A stretch of DNA of 64,000 nucleotides from an uncultured delta proteobacterium. Its GTDB lineage: Bacteria > Myxococcota > UBA727 > VGSZ01. This document shows positions 1 to 14,475 of the stretch, in pieces. Both the position numbers and the translations under genes were made by a program. The stretch is from contig CAVZJB010000012.1 of NCBI GenBank assembly GCA_963775425.1, positions 192,001 to 256,000 on the forward strand, written 5' to 3'. The notes under the pieces are model-generated. The model searched no databases. It saw only the letters and a program-made list of their open reading frames with translations, and was not told the origin of the DNA. The stretch's first letter is position 1; each line of letters starts with the position of its first letter.

Positions 1-1537
1 CGCCCATGGTGAGCGGGTCGACGACGCTGGTGTCGTCGACGCCCATGGCGCAGGTGCACGACGGGTGGAGCGCGGTCTCGGCGTCCTTGGCCACCCACGC
101 GAGGATCTCGTCGTCGCTGTCGACGCGTGGCCCCGGCGAGACCTCGCCAGCGTCGAGCGCGGCCAACGCCGGCTGCGCGAGGATCCGGCGAGCGACGCGC
201 ACGGCCTCCACCCACTCGCGCCGGTCCTGCTCGGTGGACAGGTAGTTGAAGCGCAGGGCGGGCTTGTTGCGCGGATCGCGCGACGTGATCTTCACGGAGC
301 CGCGCGCATCCGAGTACATCGGCCCGACGTGCACCTGGTAGCCGTGGCCGCCCGCCGGCGAAGAGCCGTCGTAGCGCACCGCCAGCGGCAAGAAGTGGAA
401 CATCAGGTTCGGGTACGCGACGTCGTCGTTGCTGCGGACGAAGCCGCCTCCCTCGAAGTGGTTGGTGGCGCCGGGGCCGGAGCGCCCGAACAGCCACTGC
501 GCTCCGATGAGCGGCCAGCGCCACTTCGACAGCGCCGGCTGCATCGACACCGGCTGCGTGCACGCATGCTGGATGTAGACCTCGAGGTGGTCCTGCATGC
601 GCTCGCCGACGCCGGGCAGATCGTGCACGACGTCGACGCCGAGCGCGCCGAGCTCGCGCGCGTTGCCCACGCCGGAGAGCTGCAGGAGCTGCGGCGAATT
701 GAAGGCGCCGCCGCAGAGGATGACGTGGCCGGCGTCGATGCGCTCGACGCCGCCGCCGCGCGCGACCTCGACGCCGGCGGCGCGCTTGCCCTCGAACAGC
801 ACGCGGGTGACGAGCGCCCCGGTGCGCACCCGCAGCCGCCCGCCGGCCGCCTTCACGGCGGGGTGCAGATACGCGCGCGACGCGCTCAAGCGGCGGCCGC
901 GGCGGACGTTCCTGTCGAAGGCGGCGAAGCCCTCCTGGCGATAGCCGTTGACGTCGTCGGTGAGCGGGTAGCCCGCCTGCTGCACCGCCTCGAAGAACGC
1001 CGCGAACAGCGGTGACGCCGCGGGCCCGCGCTCGAGCGCGAGCGGCCCCGAGCGGCCCCGGTAGACGTCGGCCGCCGGGCGCGCCGCGGGGTCGCCCGAG
1101 GGGGCTCGCCCGCCGCCGGGAGGCGGCGCGTCGTCGAGCGCGAGGCACGACTCCATGCGCTTGAAGTAGGGCAGGCAGTGCGCGTAGCTCCACGTCGACA
1201 TGCCCGGCTCGGCCGCCCAGCGCTCGTAGTCGAGGGGGTTTCCGCGTTGGAAGATCATGCCGTTGATGCTCGACGAGCCGCCGAGCACCTTGCCGCGCGC
1301 GTGATACACGCGGCGCCCGTTCATGAACGGCTCCGGCTCCGACGTGTACTGCCAGTCGTACAAGCGGCTGCCGATGGGGAAGGTGAGCGCCGCCGGCATG
1401 TGCAGGAAGACGTCGAAGCGCCAGTCCTTCCGGCCGGCCTCGAGCACCAGCACGCGCGCGCCCGCGGCGCTCAAGCGGGCGGCCAGAACGGAGCCCGCGC
1501 TGCCGCCGCCGACGATCACGTAGTCCCACGTCGCCAT
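1..1537 (-). CDS. betA: Choline dehydrogenase (GMC oxidoreductase); 3' end runs off the window
   Basis: Absent from the ORF track. Manual translation from ATG 1537 gives [23 protein letters not shown] (FAD-binding GxGxxG), [35 protein letters not shown] and [12 protein letters not shown]. Alternative in-frame ATG at 1555. Confidence 0.9.
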   Translation of the reverse strand, partial: MATWDYVIVGGGSAGSVLAARLSAAGARVLVLEAGRKDWRFDVFLHMPAALTFPIGSRLYDWQYTSEPEPFMNGRRVYHARGKVLGGSSSINGMIFQRGNPLDYERWAAEPGMSTWSYAHCLPYFKRMESCLALDDAPPPGGGRAPSGDPAARPAADVYRGRSGPLALERGPAASPLFAAFFEAVQQAGYPLTDDVNGYRQEGFAAFDRNVRRGRRLSASRAYLHPAVKAAGGRLRVRTGALVTRVLFEGKRAAGVEVARGGGVERIDAGHVILCGGAFNSPQLLQLSGVGNARELGALGVDVVHDLPGVGERMQDHLEVYIQHACTQPVSMQPALSKWRWPLIGAQWLFGRSGPGATNHFEGGGFVRSNDDVAYPNLMFHFLPLAVRYDGSSPAGGHGYQVHVGPMYSDARGSVKITSRDPRNKPALRFNYLSTEQDRREWVEAVRVARRILAQPALAALDAGEVSPGPRVDSDDEILAWVAKDAETALHPSCTCAMGVDDTSVVDPLTMG

Positions 1538-1653
1538 GCCGTGGGCATGCACCATCGCGCGCCGCCGGTGAACCCCGGTGGTCGGGGCGTGGCGCGGCGG
1601 CCCGTCCGCCGCTCGGCGGAGGGCGGCGCGCTCGCCGCCGTCCGCTCGTCGCG

Positions 1654-2853
1654 CTACTCGACGTGCACGGTGACGTCGCACGACAGGCCCGCGGCCAGCG
1701 GGAGCTTGGGCGGCGTCTTCCAATCGATGCGCACGGGGACGCGCTGCACCACCTTCACGAAGTTGCCCGAGGCGTTGTCGGGCGGCAGCAGCGCGAAGCG
1801 CGCGCCGGTGGCCGGCGCCACGCTCGCCACCACGCCCTCGAGCTTTTGCCCCTTGAACGCGTCGACGACGATGTCGGCCTTCTGCCCCGGCCTCATCTTG
1901 CCGACCTGCGTCTCCTTGAAGTTGGCGACGACGTACGTCCTGGCCGGCACCACCGCCACAACGAGCTGACCCGGCGCGACGTTCTGGCCCTCGCGCACGG
2001 CGATCTTCGACAGCGTGCCGTCCACCGGCGCCACCACCTTGGTGTGCGCCACCATCAGCGTGGCCGACTCCAGCGCCGCCTCCGCCGCCTGCACGTGCGC
2101 GTGCGCGAGGTCCGCCTGCGCCGCCGCCGCCGCGAGCTTGGCGTCGACGGGGGCGCTCACAGCCACCCGCGCCTGCGCTTCGTCCACGCGGCTCTCCGCC
2201 GACTTCTTGGCCTCGAGCGACGCCGAGAGCTGGGCCTCCGCCTGCGCCAGCGCCGCCACCGCTGCGTCGCGCCCGCTGCGCGCGTTGTCGAGCTGCGAGC
2301 GGGAGACGCCGCCCTTGTCGAAGAGCGACTGCAGGCGCGCGTAATCCGTCTTGGCGCGCTCCGCCTCCGCCTGCGCCCGCTGCTCGGCCGCGCGCGCGAC
2401 CTCGATGTTGGCGTCGGCGGTGCGCGACGCCGCCGCGCTGCCGATGAGCGCCGCGCGCGCGCCGGAGAGTCCGCCCTTGGACGCGGCGTCGGAGATGTGC
2501 GCCTGCGCGTCGGCCACCGCCGCCTGCGCCTTCGCCGCCGCCACCTCCGCCTCCGCCTGCTTGAGCTTCACGTTGATCTCGGCCGGGTCGAGCTCGACGA
2601 GGACATCGCCCTTCTTGACGGTGGCGTTGTCCTCGACGAGCACGTGCAGCACGGGCGCGCCGACGCGCGCGGAGACGTTGACGACGTCGGCGTCGACCTC
2701 GGCGTCGTCGGTGTTCTCCTCGTTGCGCAGGAGGAACGCGTAGCCGCCGAGCGTCACCGCCGCCACGGCCACGACGGCGCCCACGTAGCCGAGGGCCTTG
2801 CGCTTGCGCTTTTCGGGGTTGGCGGGCGTCGCCGTCTTGGTGTCGTCTGGCAT
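1654..2853 (-). CDS. EmrA/HlyD-family membrane fusion protein
   Basis: N-terminal [10 protein letters not shown], lipoyl-like halves around a coiled coil, ANFKETQ and [22 protein letters not shown], typical of EmrA. Confidence 0.93.
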   Translation of the reverse strand: MPDDTKTATPANPEKRKRKALGYVGAVVAVAAVTLGGYAFLLRNEENTDDAEVDADVVNVSARVGAPVLHVLVEDNATVKKGDVLVELDPAEINVKLKQAEAEVAAAKAQAAVADAQAHISDAASKGGLSGARAALIGSAAASRTADANIEVARAAEQRAQAEAERAKTDYARLQSLFDKGGVSRSQLDNARSGRDAAVAALAQAEAQLSASLEAKKSAESRVDEAQARVAVSAPVDAKLAAAAAQADLAHAHVQAAEAALESATLMVAHTKVVAPVDGTLSKIAVREGQNVAPGQLVVAVVPARTYVVANFKETQVGKMRPGQKADIVVDAFKGQKLEGVVASVAPATGARFALLPPDNASGNFVKVVQRVPVRIDWKTPPKLPLAAGLSCDVTVHVE

Positions 2854-2860
2854 GGGTCGA

Positions 2861-4444
2861 TTACTCCATCGCCTCGATGTGGACCGTCTTTTTGGGTCCG
2901 CGCTCGACGCGCAAGAAGAACAAGAGCGGAAGCACGGCGAGGAAGGAGATCCCCTGCAAGAGGAAGCTCTTTTCGAACGCGAGGACCGTCGCCTGCAGCG
3001 TGGCCATGCCGCCGAGCGCCTGCTGGGCGAAGCCGACGGACGTGATGAGGTCGAAGCCGCGCGCGGAGGCGACGTGCACGATCTGCGTGAAGCGCTCGAC
3101 GGCCACGGGGCGCGTGAAGGTGAGCTGCGCGACGATCCCCGCCTTGGCCTGCGCGCCGAACCGGGAGAGCAGCGACGTGAAGATGGCGAGGCCGATGGAT
3201 CCGCCGATCTGGCGCACGAACGAGTTGAGGCCGGAGGCGTCGGCGAGCTGGTGGCGCGGGATGCTCGAGAGCGCCGCGGTGGTGAGCGGGACGAAGAGGA
3301 ACGCGAAGCCGACGCCGGTGATGGCGAGCGGCGTGACGATGTCCCAGGTGGACGTCTCCAGGGTGATGCGGCTCATCTGCCAGGAGCCGAGGGCGAAGGT
3401 GATGACGCCGAAGCCGACCATGAGCGCGGGCGGCAGCTTGTTGTACAGCCGCCCGACGAGGGGCATCGTCAAGGCCATCACGATGGTGCGCGGCATCATG
3501 GCGAGCCCCGACGTCGTGGCGTCGTAGTGGAGCAGCTCCTGCAAGAACACCGGCAGCAGGAACATCGAGCCCATGAGCATGGCGAACATCACGGCGCCGA
3601 TGAGCGTCCCGGCGGCGAAGGTGCGGTCCGCGAACAGGCGCAGGTTCACCGCCGGCGCCGCCGTGGTGAGCTCGTTGACGACGAACGCGACGCTGGCGCT
3701 GACGCAGATGAAGAGCGCCACGACGATGCGCGAGCTGTCGAGCCAGTCGTTGCTCGGCCCCTCTTCGAAGAGGTACTGCATGGTGCCGATGGCGATGGCC
3801 ATCAGGATGATCCCCGACCAGTCGACGTTGGCGCGCATCTGCGCCGCCCGTTTCTTGTTCTGCTCGCGGACGTCGTCGGGCTCGTGCACGAAACGCCAGA
3901 CCATGAACAGGCCCATCAAGCCCACGGGCAGGTTTACGTAGAAGATCCACGGCCACGAGTACGTGTCGGTGATCCAGCCGCCGAGCGGCGGGCCCAGGGC
4001 GGGGCCGACCATGATCACCATGGCGTACATGGCCATCGCCATGCCCTGCTCCTCGGGCGGAAAGGTCTGGCGCAGGATGGCCTGCTGCGTCGGTTGCAGC
4101 GAGCCCGCGCCCAGGCCCTGCAGCACACGGAACAACACCAACACCGTCAGCGAGCGCGCGGTGCCGCACAGCGCGCTGCCGATGATGAACAACGCGAGGC
4201 TCACCATGTACACGCGCTTCTGCCCGAACAGCGCGCCGAGGAAGCCCGTGAGGGGCATGATCAGCACGCTGGCGACGATGTAGCCCGTGGAGATGGCCGC
4301 GATCTCCGACAGCGTGGCGCCCACGGAGCCGCGGATGTGCGGCAGCGCGACGTTGACGATGGAGGAGTCGATGGTGGCCATCAGCGAGCCGAAGCCGATG
4401 CTCGCCGTGACGACCCACTTGTTGACGGGAGGCCTCGTGCTCAC
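2861..4444 (-). CDS. DHA2 (EmrB/QacA) MFS efflux permease
   Basis: Likely start GTG 4444 overlapping the TetR stop (GTGA). MATIDSSIVNVALP, LFRVLQGLG, GPALGPPLGGWITDTYSWPWIFYVNLPVG and RQIGGSIG. Confidence 0.93.
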   Translation of the reverse strand: MSTRPPVNKWVVTASIGFGSLMATIDSSIVNVALPHIRGSVGATLSEIAAISTGYIVASVLIMPLTGFLGALFGQKRVYMVSLALFIIGSALCGTARSLTVLVLFRVLQGLGAGSLQPTQQAILRQTFPPEEQGMAMAMYAMVIMVGPALGPPLGGWITDTYSWPWIFYVNLPVGLMGLFMVWRFVHEPDDVREQNKKRAAQMRANVDWSGIILMAIAIGTMQYLFEEGPSNDWLDSSRIVVALFICVSASVAFVVNELTTAAPAVNLRLFADRTFAAGTLIGAVMFAMLMGSMFLLPVFLQELLHYDATTSGLAMMPRTIVMALTMPLVGRLYNKLPPALMVGFGVITFALGSWQMSRITLETSTWDIVTPLAITGVGFAFLFVPLTTAALSSIPRHQLADASGLNSFVRQIGGSIGLAIFTSLLSRFGAQAKAGIVAQLTFTRPVAVERFTQIVHVASARGFDLITSVGFAQQALGGMATLQATVLAFEKSFLLQGISFLAVLPLLFFLRVERGPKKTVHIEAME

Positions 4445-5046
4445 TGCCGCGCCTCCGCGCCGCGCAGGAAGAGCGCGACGATGTCGTCGACCAGCTCGAC
4501 GTACGGCTTGTTCCTGCCGGCGACGCCGTCGATGAGGACGGCGCGCAACAGGCCCGAGAGCGCCAGCGCCGACAGGTGCGCGCGGCGCGGGTCGAGGACG
4601 CCCTCGCGCACGCCCGCGTCGACGAGGGCGCGCACCCGGTCGCGGAGCACCTCGCCCGCCGACGACTTCTTCAGCGGCGGCGTGACGTCGGTGGACAGGG
4701 CGACGGCGAGGAACGCGCGGTGGGCGTCGAAGTGGGCGAGCACGGCGCGCACCGCCCGCTCGAGCTTGGTGCGGAAGGGCGCGGCGGGGGCGAGGGCCGC
4801 GTCGATGGAGTCGCCGAGGCGGCGCCGGCGCTCTTCGAAGAGCGCGCGCACCAGGGCGTCGCGGTCCTCGAAGTAGTTGTACAGCGTGCCCACCGACGTC
4901 CCGGCGCGCGCGGCGATCGCCTGCATCGACGCGCCGGCGACACCGTCGGCGGCGAACGTGGCCTCCGCGGCCTCGAGGATGCCGGTGCGCGCGGACGTCT
5001 TGGCGGCCTCGCGCACGCGCTTCTTGAGTGAAGCTCCACTCGCCAT
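4441..5046 (-). CDS. TetR/AcrR family regulator
   Basis: HTH ILEAAEATFAADGVAGASMQAIAARAGTSVGTLYNYF; first gene of the efflux operon. Confidence 0.92.
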   Translation of the reverse strand: MASGASLKKRVREAAKTSARTGILEAAEATFAADGVAGASMQAIAARAGTSVGTLYNYFEDRDALVRALFEERRRRLGDSIDAALAPAAPFRTKLERAVRAVLAHFDAHRAFLAVALSTDVTPPLKKSSAGEVLRDRVRALVDAGVREGVLDPRRAHLSALALSGLLRAVLIDGVAGRNKPYVELVDDIVALFLRGAEARQ

Positions 5047-5047
5047 T

Positions 5048-5083
5048 CTGAATCATGATTCAGGCAAATGAGTCGCGTGTCAA
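5048..5083 (-). promoter_or_regulatory. Putative sigma70 promoter and TetR operator
   Basis: Perfect 16-bp palindrome CTGAATCATGATTCAG at 5048-5063 next to the TetR start; TTGACA on the minus strand at 5083-5078. Confidence 0.7.
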
Positions 5084-5179
5084 ACCCCCGACGCGGGCGC
5101 CGCGCTGGCGGGCACGCCCGCGCGACCCGACGCCGCGTTGGCCCGCGCCGCGCGCCGCCGGCGACGCTATGGTCGATGC

Positions 5180-6259
5180 GTGGCCCGCCCGCCCGCCGAC
5201 CTCGCCGCGCTCGTCGCCCTGCGCCGCCGGGGCGATCCCCTCGCCGACGCCGCCGTCGCCTCGCTGCGCGAGCACCCCCAGCGCGGTGAGAGCGTGCTCG
5301 ACAAGGTCCGCGCCGGCGCCTCCGCCGGCGACCGCGCCCTCGCGCGCTTCCTCGACGAGACCCGCGCGCTCCCGTGCTGGTGCGACGTCTCGGCGCACGT
5401 CGACGGCCGCCGCGCCATGACCCGCCACGCCCCGGTGACGTTCCTCGTGCTCCTCGCCGGCAGCCTCGTCGAGAGCTTCGCCGTGCGGGAAGGCGCCGCG
5501 GTCCTCGTGGGCACCGGGCGCCTCCTGCGCGATCCGAGGGACCGCGTCTACGAGACGGCTTCGCTCGTGCACGCGCTCCTCGCCTTCGACATGCGCCCCG
5601 GCGGCCCCGCCCACGACGCGCTCCTGCGCGTGCGCCTCCTGCACGCGTACGTCCGCCGCTTCACGCGCGCGCGCGTCGACTTCGACGTCGACGCCCTCGG
5701 CGTGCCCATCAACCAGATGGACATGCTGCACACGCTGTTGATGTTCTCCTGCGTGCTCGCCGCCGGCGTCGTCGCCCTCGGCGGCCGCCTCTCCGGCGAC
5801 GAGCGACGCTCCTGGTGCGCGCTGTGGCGCGCCGCCGGCCACGTGCTCGGCGTCGACGACGACGTGCTCTTTCGAGACGTCGACGAAGAGCACGCGCTGC
5901 ACGCGCTCGTTCGCCGCGCCTACGACCCCGACGACGGCTCGCGCGCCCTGGCGTCGGCCGTCCTCGGCGGCCTCGCCAACGAGCCGCCGTTTCGTTTGCC
6001 CAAGCCGGGGCTCGAGGCCGTGTCCCGCGCGCTCCTCGGCGACGCGCTCGCCGATCGTTTCGGGCTGCGCCGTTCGCGCCGTTGGGCCCTCGTGCCGGCC
6101 GCCGTCGCGCGCGGCTGGCGCGCCGTCGACGTCGTCGAGCGCCACGTGCCGCTCGGCGTGGACGCCGGCGTCGCCGGCGGGCGCGCGTTCATCGAGCTGA
6201 ACCGGGTGCGGGTGCTGCGGAGCATGCCCGCCGCCGACTACACGTTTCGCACGGCGTGA
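5180..6259 (+). CDS. MpaB/DUF2236 (ER-bound oxygenase/Lcp-like) family protein
   Basis: RRRGDPLAD, RVYETA, LRVRLLHAYVR, GVPINQMDM, LWRAAGHVLGV. GTG 5180 chosen because TATGGT lies 6 nt upstream. Confidence 0.8.
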   Translation: MARPPADLAALVALRRRGDPLADAAVASLREHPQRGESVLDKVRAGASAGDRALARFLDETRALPCWCDVSAHVDGRRAMTRHAPVTFLVLLAGSLVESFAVREGAAVLVGTGRLLRDPRDRVYETASLVHALLAFDMRPGGPAHDALLRVRLLHAYVRRFTRARVDFDVDALGVPINQMDMLHTLLMFSCVLAAGVVALGGRLSGDERRSWCALWRAAGHVLGVDDDVLFRDVDEEHALHALVRRAYDPDDGSRALASAVLGGLANEPPFRLPKPGLEAVSRALLGDALADRFGLRRSRRWALVPAAVARGWRAVDVVERHVPLGVDAGVAGGRAFIELNRVRVLRSMPAADYTFRTA

Positions 6260-6286
6260 CGACGACATCGTGTCGACGGCGCGGCT

Positions 6287-6790
6287 TCAACCACCGGAGC
6301 GCTGGCGCACCGAGATCAGGAAGCGCACGGTGCACACCGGAGTCCCCTCGGCGGCCGTGGTGGTCTTGACCGTCAACCACGTCTCCGCCTTGTCGTCGAC
6401 GAGCGCGCGGCAGCGGGCGAGCCCCTCGCGCTCCTCGCCCTCGGGCGCGCAGACGGCGCGCACGGTGCAGGCGGCGCGCGAATGAAAGTCCGCCTCGTTG
6501 CGCTTGACGAGGACGCGGAAGGCGGGCGCGCGGCACACGCCCACCGCGAGCGCCGCCATGGTCGCCTCGGCGTGCACGAGCAGCGCGCCGAGGTAGAGCG
6601 AGCCCACGTGGTTTCGCCCGCGGCGCGTGAACGGCATCGTCGTCACGGCGCGCGCGTCGTCGACGTCCTCGACGCGGATGCGCAACCCGCCGGCGATGGG
6701 GATGACGCGCGGGATCCCCGCCGACAAGAGCCGGTTCCGCACGATCGGCGGCAGGTCGTAGATCTTGCCGAAGACGTCGATGGCGTTCAC
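6287..6790 (-). CDS. Hot-dog fold thioesterase (YiiD/PaaI/DUF4442-like)
   Basis: MPFTRRGRNHVGSLYLGALLVHAE motif; start uncertain (6790 or 6829). Confidence 0.75.
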   Translation of the reverse strand: MNAIDVFGKIYDLPPIVRNRLLSAGIPRVIPIAGGLRIRVEDVDDARAVTTMPFTRRGRNHVGSLYLGALLVHAEATMAALAVGVCRAPAFRVLVKRNEADFHSRAACTVRAVCAPEGEEREGLARCRALVDDKAETWLTVKTTTAAEGTPVCTVRFLISVRQRSGG

Positions 6791-6842
6791 GACCCCGGTT
6801 GAGCACGGCGCCGCGCGCGCCGCCACCACCGTCCGGCCGCGC

Positions 6843-8357
6843 TCACGGGTGGACGAAGGCGCCGCCGCCGCCGCCGCCTCCGCCGCCGCCGCTGTCGTTG
6901 TCGCCGTCGCCGCGGCCGCCGTCGCCGCCGGTGCCGCCCGAGCCGGGGCCGCCGCTGCCGCCGGCGCCGCGGCCGCCGCTGGCGCCGTCTTTGCCGTCGG
7001 CGCCGGGCTGTCCGGCGTTGCCGCTGTCGGCGCCGCCGCCGCCGCCGCCGCCGGTGACGATGACCTCGCCGCCGGAGACGAAGCTGCCCGCCTCGAACAG
7101 CACGGAGCCCCCCGAGCCGCCGCCGCCGCCGCCGCCCTTGTCGCCGGCCAGGCCGCCCGCGCCGCCGCCGCCCCCGGCGTCGACGCGACCGGAGAACGAA
7201 AGCGTCCCGGCGACGCTCACCTGGAGCGCGCCGCCCGCGCCGCCCGGTGACGCGAGGGCGCCGCTTTGCTGCGTGTCCCTGTTGCCGCTGCCGCCCGGGC
7301 AACCGCCGGCGAGGAACGATGTGGAGAAGCTCGACCCGCCCGCGGCGTCGGCGTTGTTGCCGCCGTTCGAGGGGTTCTGGATGCCACCGCCCTTTCCGCC
7401 GGCGGCGCTGTGGCCGCCGCCTCCTCCGCCGCCGCCGCTGTCGACGGTGCCCACGCCCAACGATCCCGTGCCCGGGCAGGTGGTGAGCACGCCGGGGCCC
7501 GACGAGGCGCCGTGTCCGCCGGCGTCGAGGAGCGCCGAGACGGAGGCGTCGCCGTACACGACGAGGACCGGCGCGCGCGAGCCGCGGAAGGTGACCGTGC
7601 CGCCAACGGTGAAGCCGCGCACGAGCATCACGAACAGATCGGGGCCGCCCGCCTGCGGGGCCGCGCGCACGGGGACGGCGCTGCCGCACAGCGAGATCTC
7701 GGGCGTGGCGGCGTCGGTGTCGACGTCGTCGTCACAGGCGTCGTCGACGACGAGCGGGAGGTCGGCCGGGTTCACGTCGTCGAGCGCGTTGCCGGTGTGG
7801 GCGGGAGCGCCGGCGGTGAACAGCGGCGTGCACACCGGGGCGCCGCCGCCGGAGGGCAGATCGCAGCGGAAGCCGGCCGCCGGTTGGCAGGCGTCGCAGC
7901 CGGGTTGCCCGTCGCACGCCTCGCCGTCGTCGAGGACGCCGTCGCCGCACGAGTCGCCGCCCCCATCGACGTCGCCGGCGTCGACGTCCCCCGCGTCGAC
8001 ATCGCCGGCGTCGACACCACCGGCGTCGACATCACCGGCGTCGATGATGCCGGCGTCGACGTCCCCGGCGTCGATGATGCCGGCGTCGAGGTCCCCGGCG
8101 TCGAGGTCCCCGGCGTCGTCGACGGCCCCGGCGTCGTCGACGGCCCCGGCGTCGTCGTCGGCCCCGGCGTCGATGTCCCCGGCGCCCGCGTCGCCGGCGA
8201 GCGCCGCGCCGACGCACGCGTCGTGGACGCAGACCTCGCCGCCGGCGCAGTCGACGTCCGCCGCGCACGCGAGCTGGAAGTCGCAGCTCGAGCAGCCCGC
8301 GGCCGGGAGCAAGCACAGCAGGGCGAGGGCGGCCCTCACGGTCGGATTCTGCCACAT
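6843..8357 (-). CDS. Gly-rich exported protein/lipoprotein with DAGxx repeats and a Myxococcus-type Cys-rich repeat
   Basis: Signal-like LALLCLLPAAGC, CAADVDCAGGEVC, tandem DAGxx linker, CGDGVLDDGEACD, and a C-terminal GGGGGSGG-rich region. Confidence 0.75.
   Translation of the reverse strand: MWQNPTVRAALALLCLLPAAGCSSCDFQLACAADVDCAGGEVCVHDACVGAALAGDAGAGDIDAGADDDAGAVDDAGAVDDAGDLDAGDLDAGIIDAGDVDAGIIDAGDVDAGGVDAGDVDAGDVDAGDVDGGGDSCGDGVLDDGEACDGQPGCDACQPAAGFRCDLPSGGGAPVCTPLFTAGAPAHTGNALDDVNPADLPLVVDDACDDDVDTDAATPEISLCGSAVPVRAAPQAGGPDLFVMLVRGFTVGGTVTFRGSRAPVLVVYGDASVSALLDAGGHGASSGPGVLTTCPGTGSLGVGTVDSGGGGGGGGHSAAGGKGGGIQNPSNGGNNADAAGGSSFSTSFLAGGCPGGSGNRDTQQSGALASPGGAGGALQVSVAGTLSFSGRVDAGGGGGAGGLAGDKGGGGGGGSGGSVLFEAGSFVSGGEVIVTGGGGGGGADSGNAGQPGADGKDGASGGRGAGGSGGPGSGGTGGDGGRGDGDNDSGGGGGGGGGGAFVHP
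7965..8200 (-). repeat. In-frame ~15-nt tandem repeat encoding DAGxx
   Basis: Repeated CCGGCGTCG units on the + strand, translating to DAGDL/DAGII/DAGDV. Confidence 0.85.
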
Positions 8358-8413
8358 CCGGGCCGCTGAAAATTTGTTCAGCACACGCTACGGTGGAGGG
8401 ACCCGGAGATCCC

Positions 8414-12788
<4,375 letters not shown>

Positions 12789-12849
12789 TCCTCGCCCGTT
12801 TCAGATCAGGCGGGGCGGTGCCGATGGTGGGCGTACGGGAGGTGTGCGC

Positions 12850-14085
12850 ATGGCCGTGGCGGAGCGTGAGATCGAGGTCGACGTCGATCCGCTCGACATC
12901 GATCAGGTGATCGCCGATCGCGTCGCCTCCGGCGACATCGTCGTGCCGCCGTTCCCTCGCGTGCTCGCAGCGGTGAACGCCGCCGTCGCCGGCGGCGCCT
13001 CGATGAACGAGATCGCCGCCCTCGTGGGCGCCGACCCCGCGCTCGCCGCCGCGCTCTTGCGCGTCGTCAACACGCCCATGTTCAGCGGCATCGGCGGCCC
13101 CGTCGTCTCGCTGCAAAACGCCGTGCAGCGCCTCGGGCTCAAGCGGCTCCAGCGCATGGCCATGGGGTCCATCCTCGCGAGCTCGGCGCTCTCCCGCGGC
13201 CCGCTGTTCGAGCTGCGCCGGCGCGTGTGGCGCGAGTGCGTGGCGTCGTCGCTGGTCGCCGAAGCCGTCGCCAACGGCAACGGCGTGCCCGTCGACGTCG
13301 CCCACCTCGCCGCCCTCATGCACGACTTCGGCAAGATCATCGCCATCGGGTGCATCGAGGACTCGCTCGGCGACGAGTCCGACCCGATGGCGGCGGAGCC
13401 GTACTGGCTCCACGTCGTCGAGCGGCACCACTGCGACCTGGGCGCGTACCTCGCCGAAGCGTGGGGGCTGCCGGAGCCCATCCCCGCGGTGATCGCCGGT
13501 CACCACCAGACGCTCGGGAGCGGACGGGTGGCGTTGCTCGACGTCATCCACGTCTGCGACGCCGTCGCCGCCGCCCTCGGCGACCTCGGCGAGCTCTCCC
13601 TCGACGACCTCGCCGCCGTCCCCGGCGTGCGCTCGCGCGAAGAAGCGGCGCTCGTGGCCCGCAGCCTCGATCGCATGCCGCAGCTCCTGAGCGCGCTCGG
13701 CGACGCGCCGCCGGCGCCGCCGCGGCCGCCGCAGGCGCCGAAGTCCTCGGCGCCGGCGAGCACGTTCCTCTCAAGCCCGACGCTGGTGAACGTCCCGACG
13801 TGCATCCTCGGCCACGGCCGCGTGAGCGGCCTGACGACCATCGCCGTCGGGCGCGACGGGCTCGCCGTCGTCTCCCCCGAGGCGCTGCCCGAGGGCTGGG
13901 TCACGCACCTCGAGCTCGAGGGACCGCGCGGCCCCTTTCGCATCTGGGTGACCGTGTTGAGCTCGCGTCGCCACGCGCCCGAGCTGCACATCGCCGAAGC
14001 CAAGCCGCTGTCCCTGCGGGGCGCCGTGGCCGAGGCCTGGACCACCTTCGTGGATGACCTGAGGGTGACGCACCCCGCGGCCTGA
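12850..14085 (+). CDS. HDOD domain protein with C-terminal PilZ-like extension
   Basis: VPPFP, ADPALAAALLRVVN, LQNAVQRLG, LMHDFGK, HCDLGAYLAEAWGLP..IAGHH. The PilZ-like assignment is tentative. Confidence 0.85.
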   Translation: MAVAEREIEVDVDPLDIDQVIADRVASGDIVVPPFPRVLAAVNAAVAGGASMNEIAALVGADPALAAALLRVVNTPMFSGIGGPVVSLQNAVQRLGLKRLQRMAMGSILASSALSRGPLFELRRRVWRECVASSLVAEAVANGNGVPVDVAHLAALMHDFGKIIAIGCIEDSLGDESDPMAAEPYWLHVVERHHCDLGAYLAEAWGLPEPIPAVIAGHHQTLGSGRVALLDVIHVCDAVAAALGDLGELSLDDLAAVPGVRSREEAALVARSLDRMPQLLSALGDAPPAPPRPPQAPKSSAPASTFLSSPTLVNVPTCILGHGRVSGLTTIAVGRDGLAVVSPEALPEGWVTHLELEGPRGPFRIWVTVLSSRRHAPELHIAEAKPLSLRGAVAEAWTTFVDDLRVTHPAA

Positions 14086-14230
14086 GCTCGGCGCGCGCCG
14101 CTCGGCGCAAAGGGTGACGCGCAACGTGATCCGTCGGCGCCGACGCCTCGGTGCGGCACTGGCAGTCCATTCGCGACGTCGGCGACGTCGACGACCCTGC
14201 GGGGCTTGACGTCGGCTGCGTCGACGCCCC

Positions 14231-14310
14231 GTAGGGCGGGGGCTTGTCCCCCGCGTCGGAAAGGCACGCGGACGTTGCCGGTGCCTCCGACGCGCCCCAC
14301 AAGGGGCTAC
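14231..14310. repeat. REP/REPIN-like inverted element with GTAG...CTAC ends
   Basis: GTAG-G-GCGGGGG-CTTGT-CCCCCGC at the left end, CCCCACAAGGGG-CTAC at the right end; inner arms CGCGTCGGA/TCCGACGCG and GGCAC/GTGCC. Confidence 0.6.
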
Positions 14311-14475
14311 GTCTCGATGCCGTGCGTGCCGTGTCGACGTGTGCGGCGACGACGGCGCCGGCCGTCGCCCCGACGCGGCAAAGGCGCCGAAGGCGCGCGG
14401 CGTAGACATTCGCGGCGGGGCACGACGTCGTCGTCAGCGAAAAACGTCGTCCCGCCGTGAATGTCGTAACGCCGC

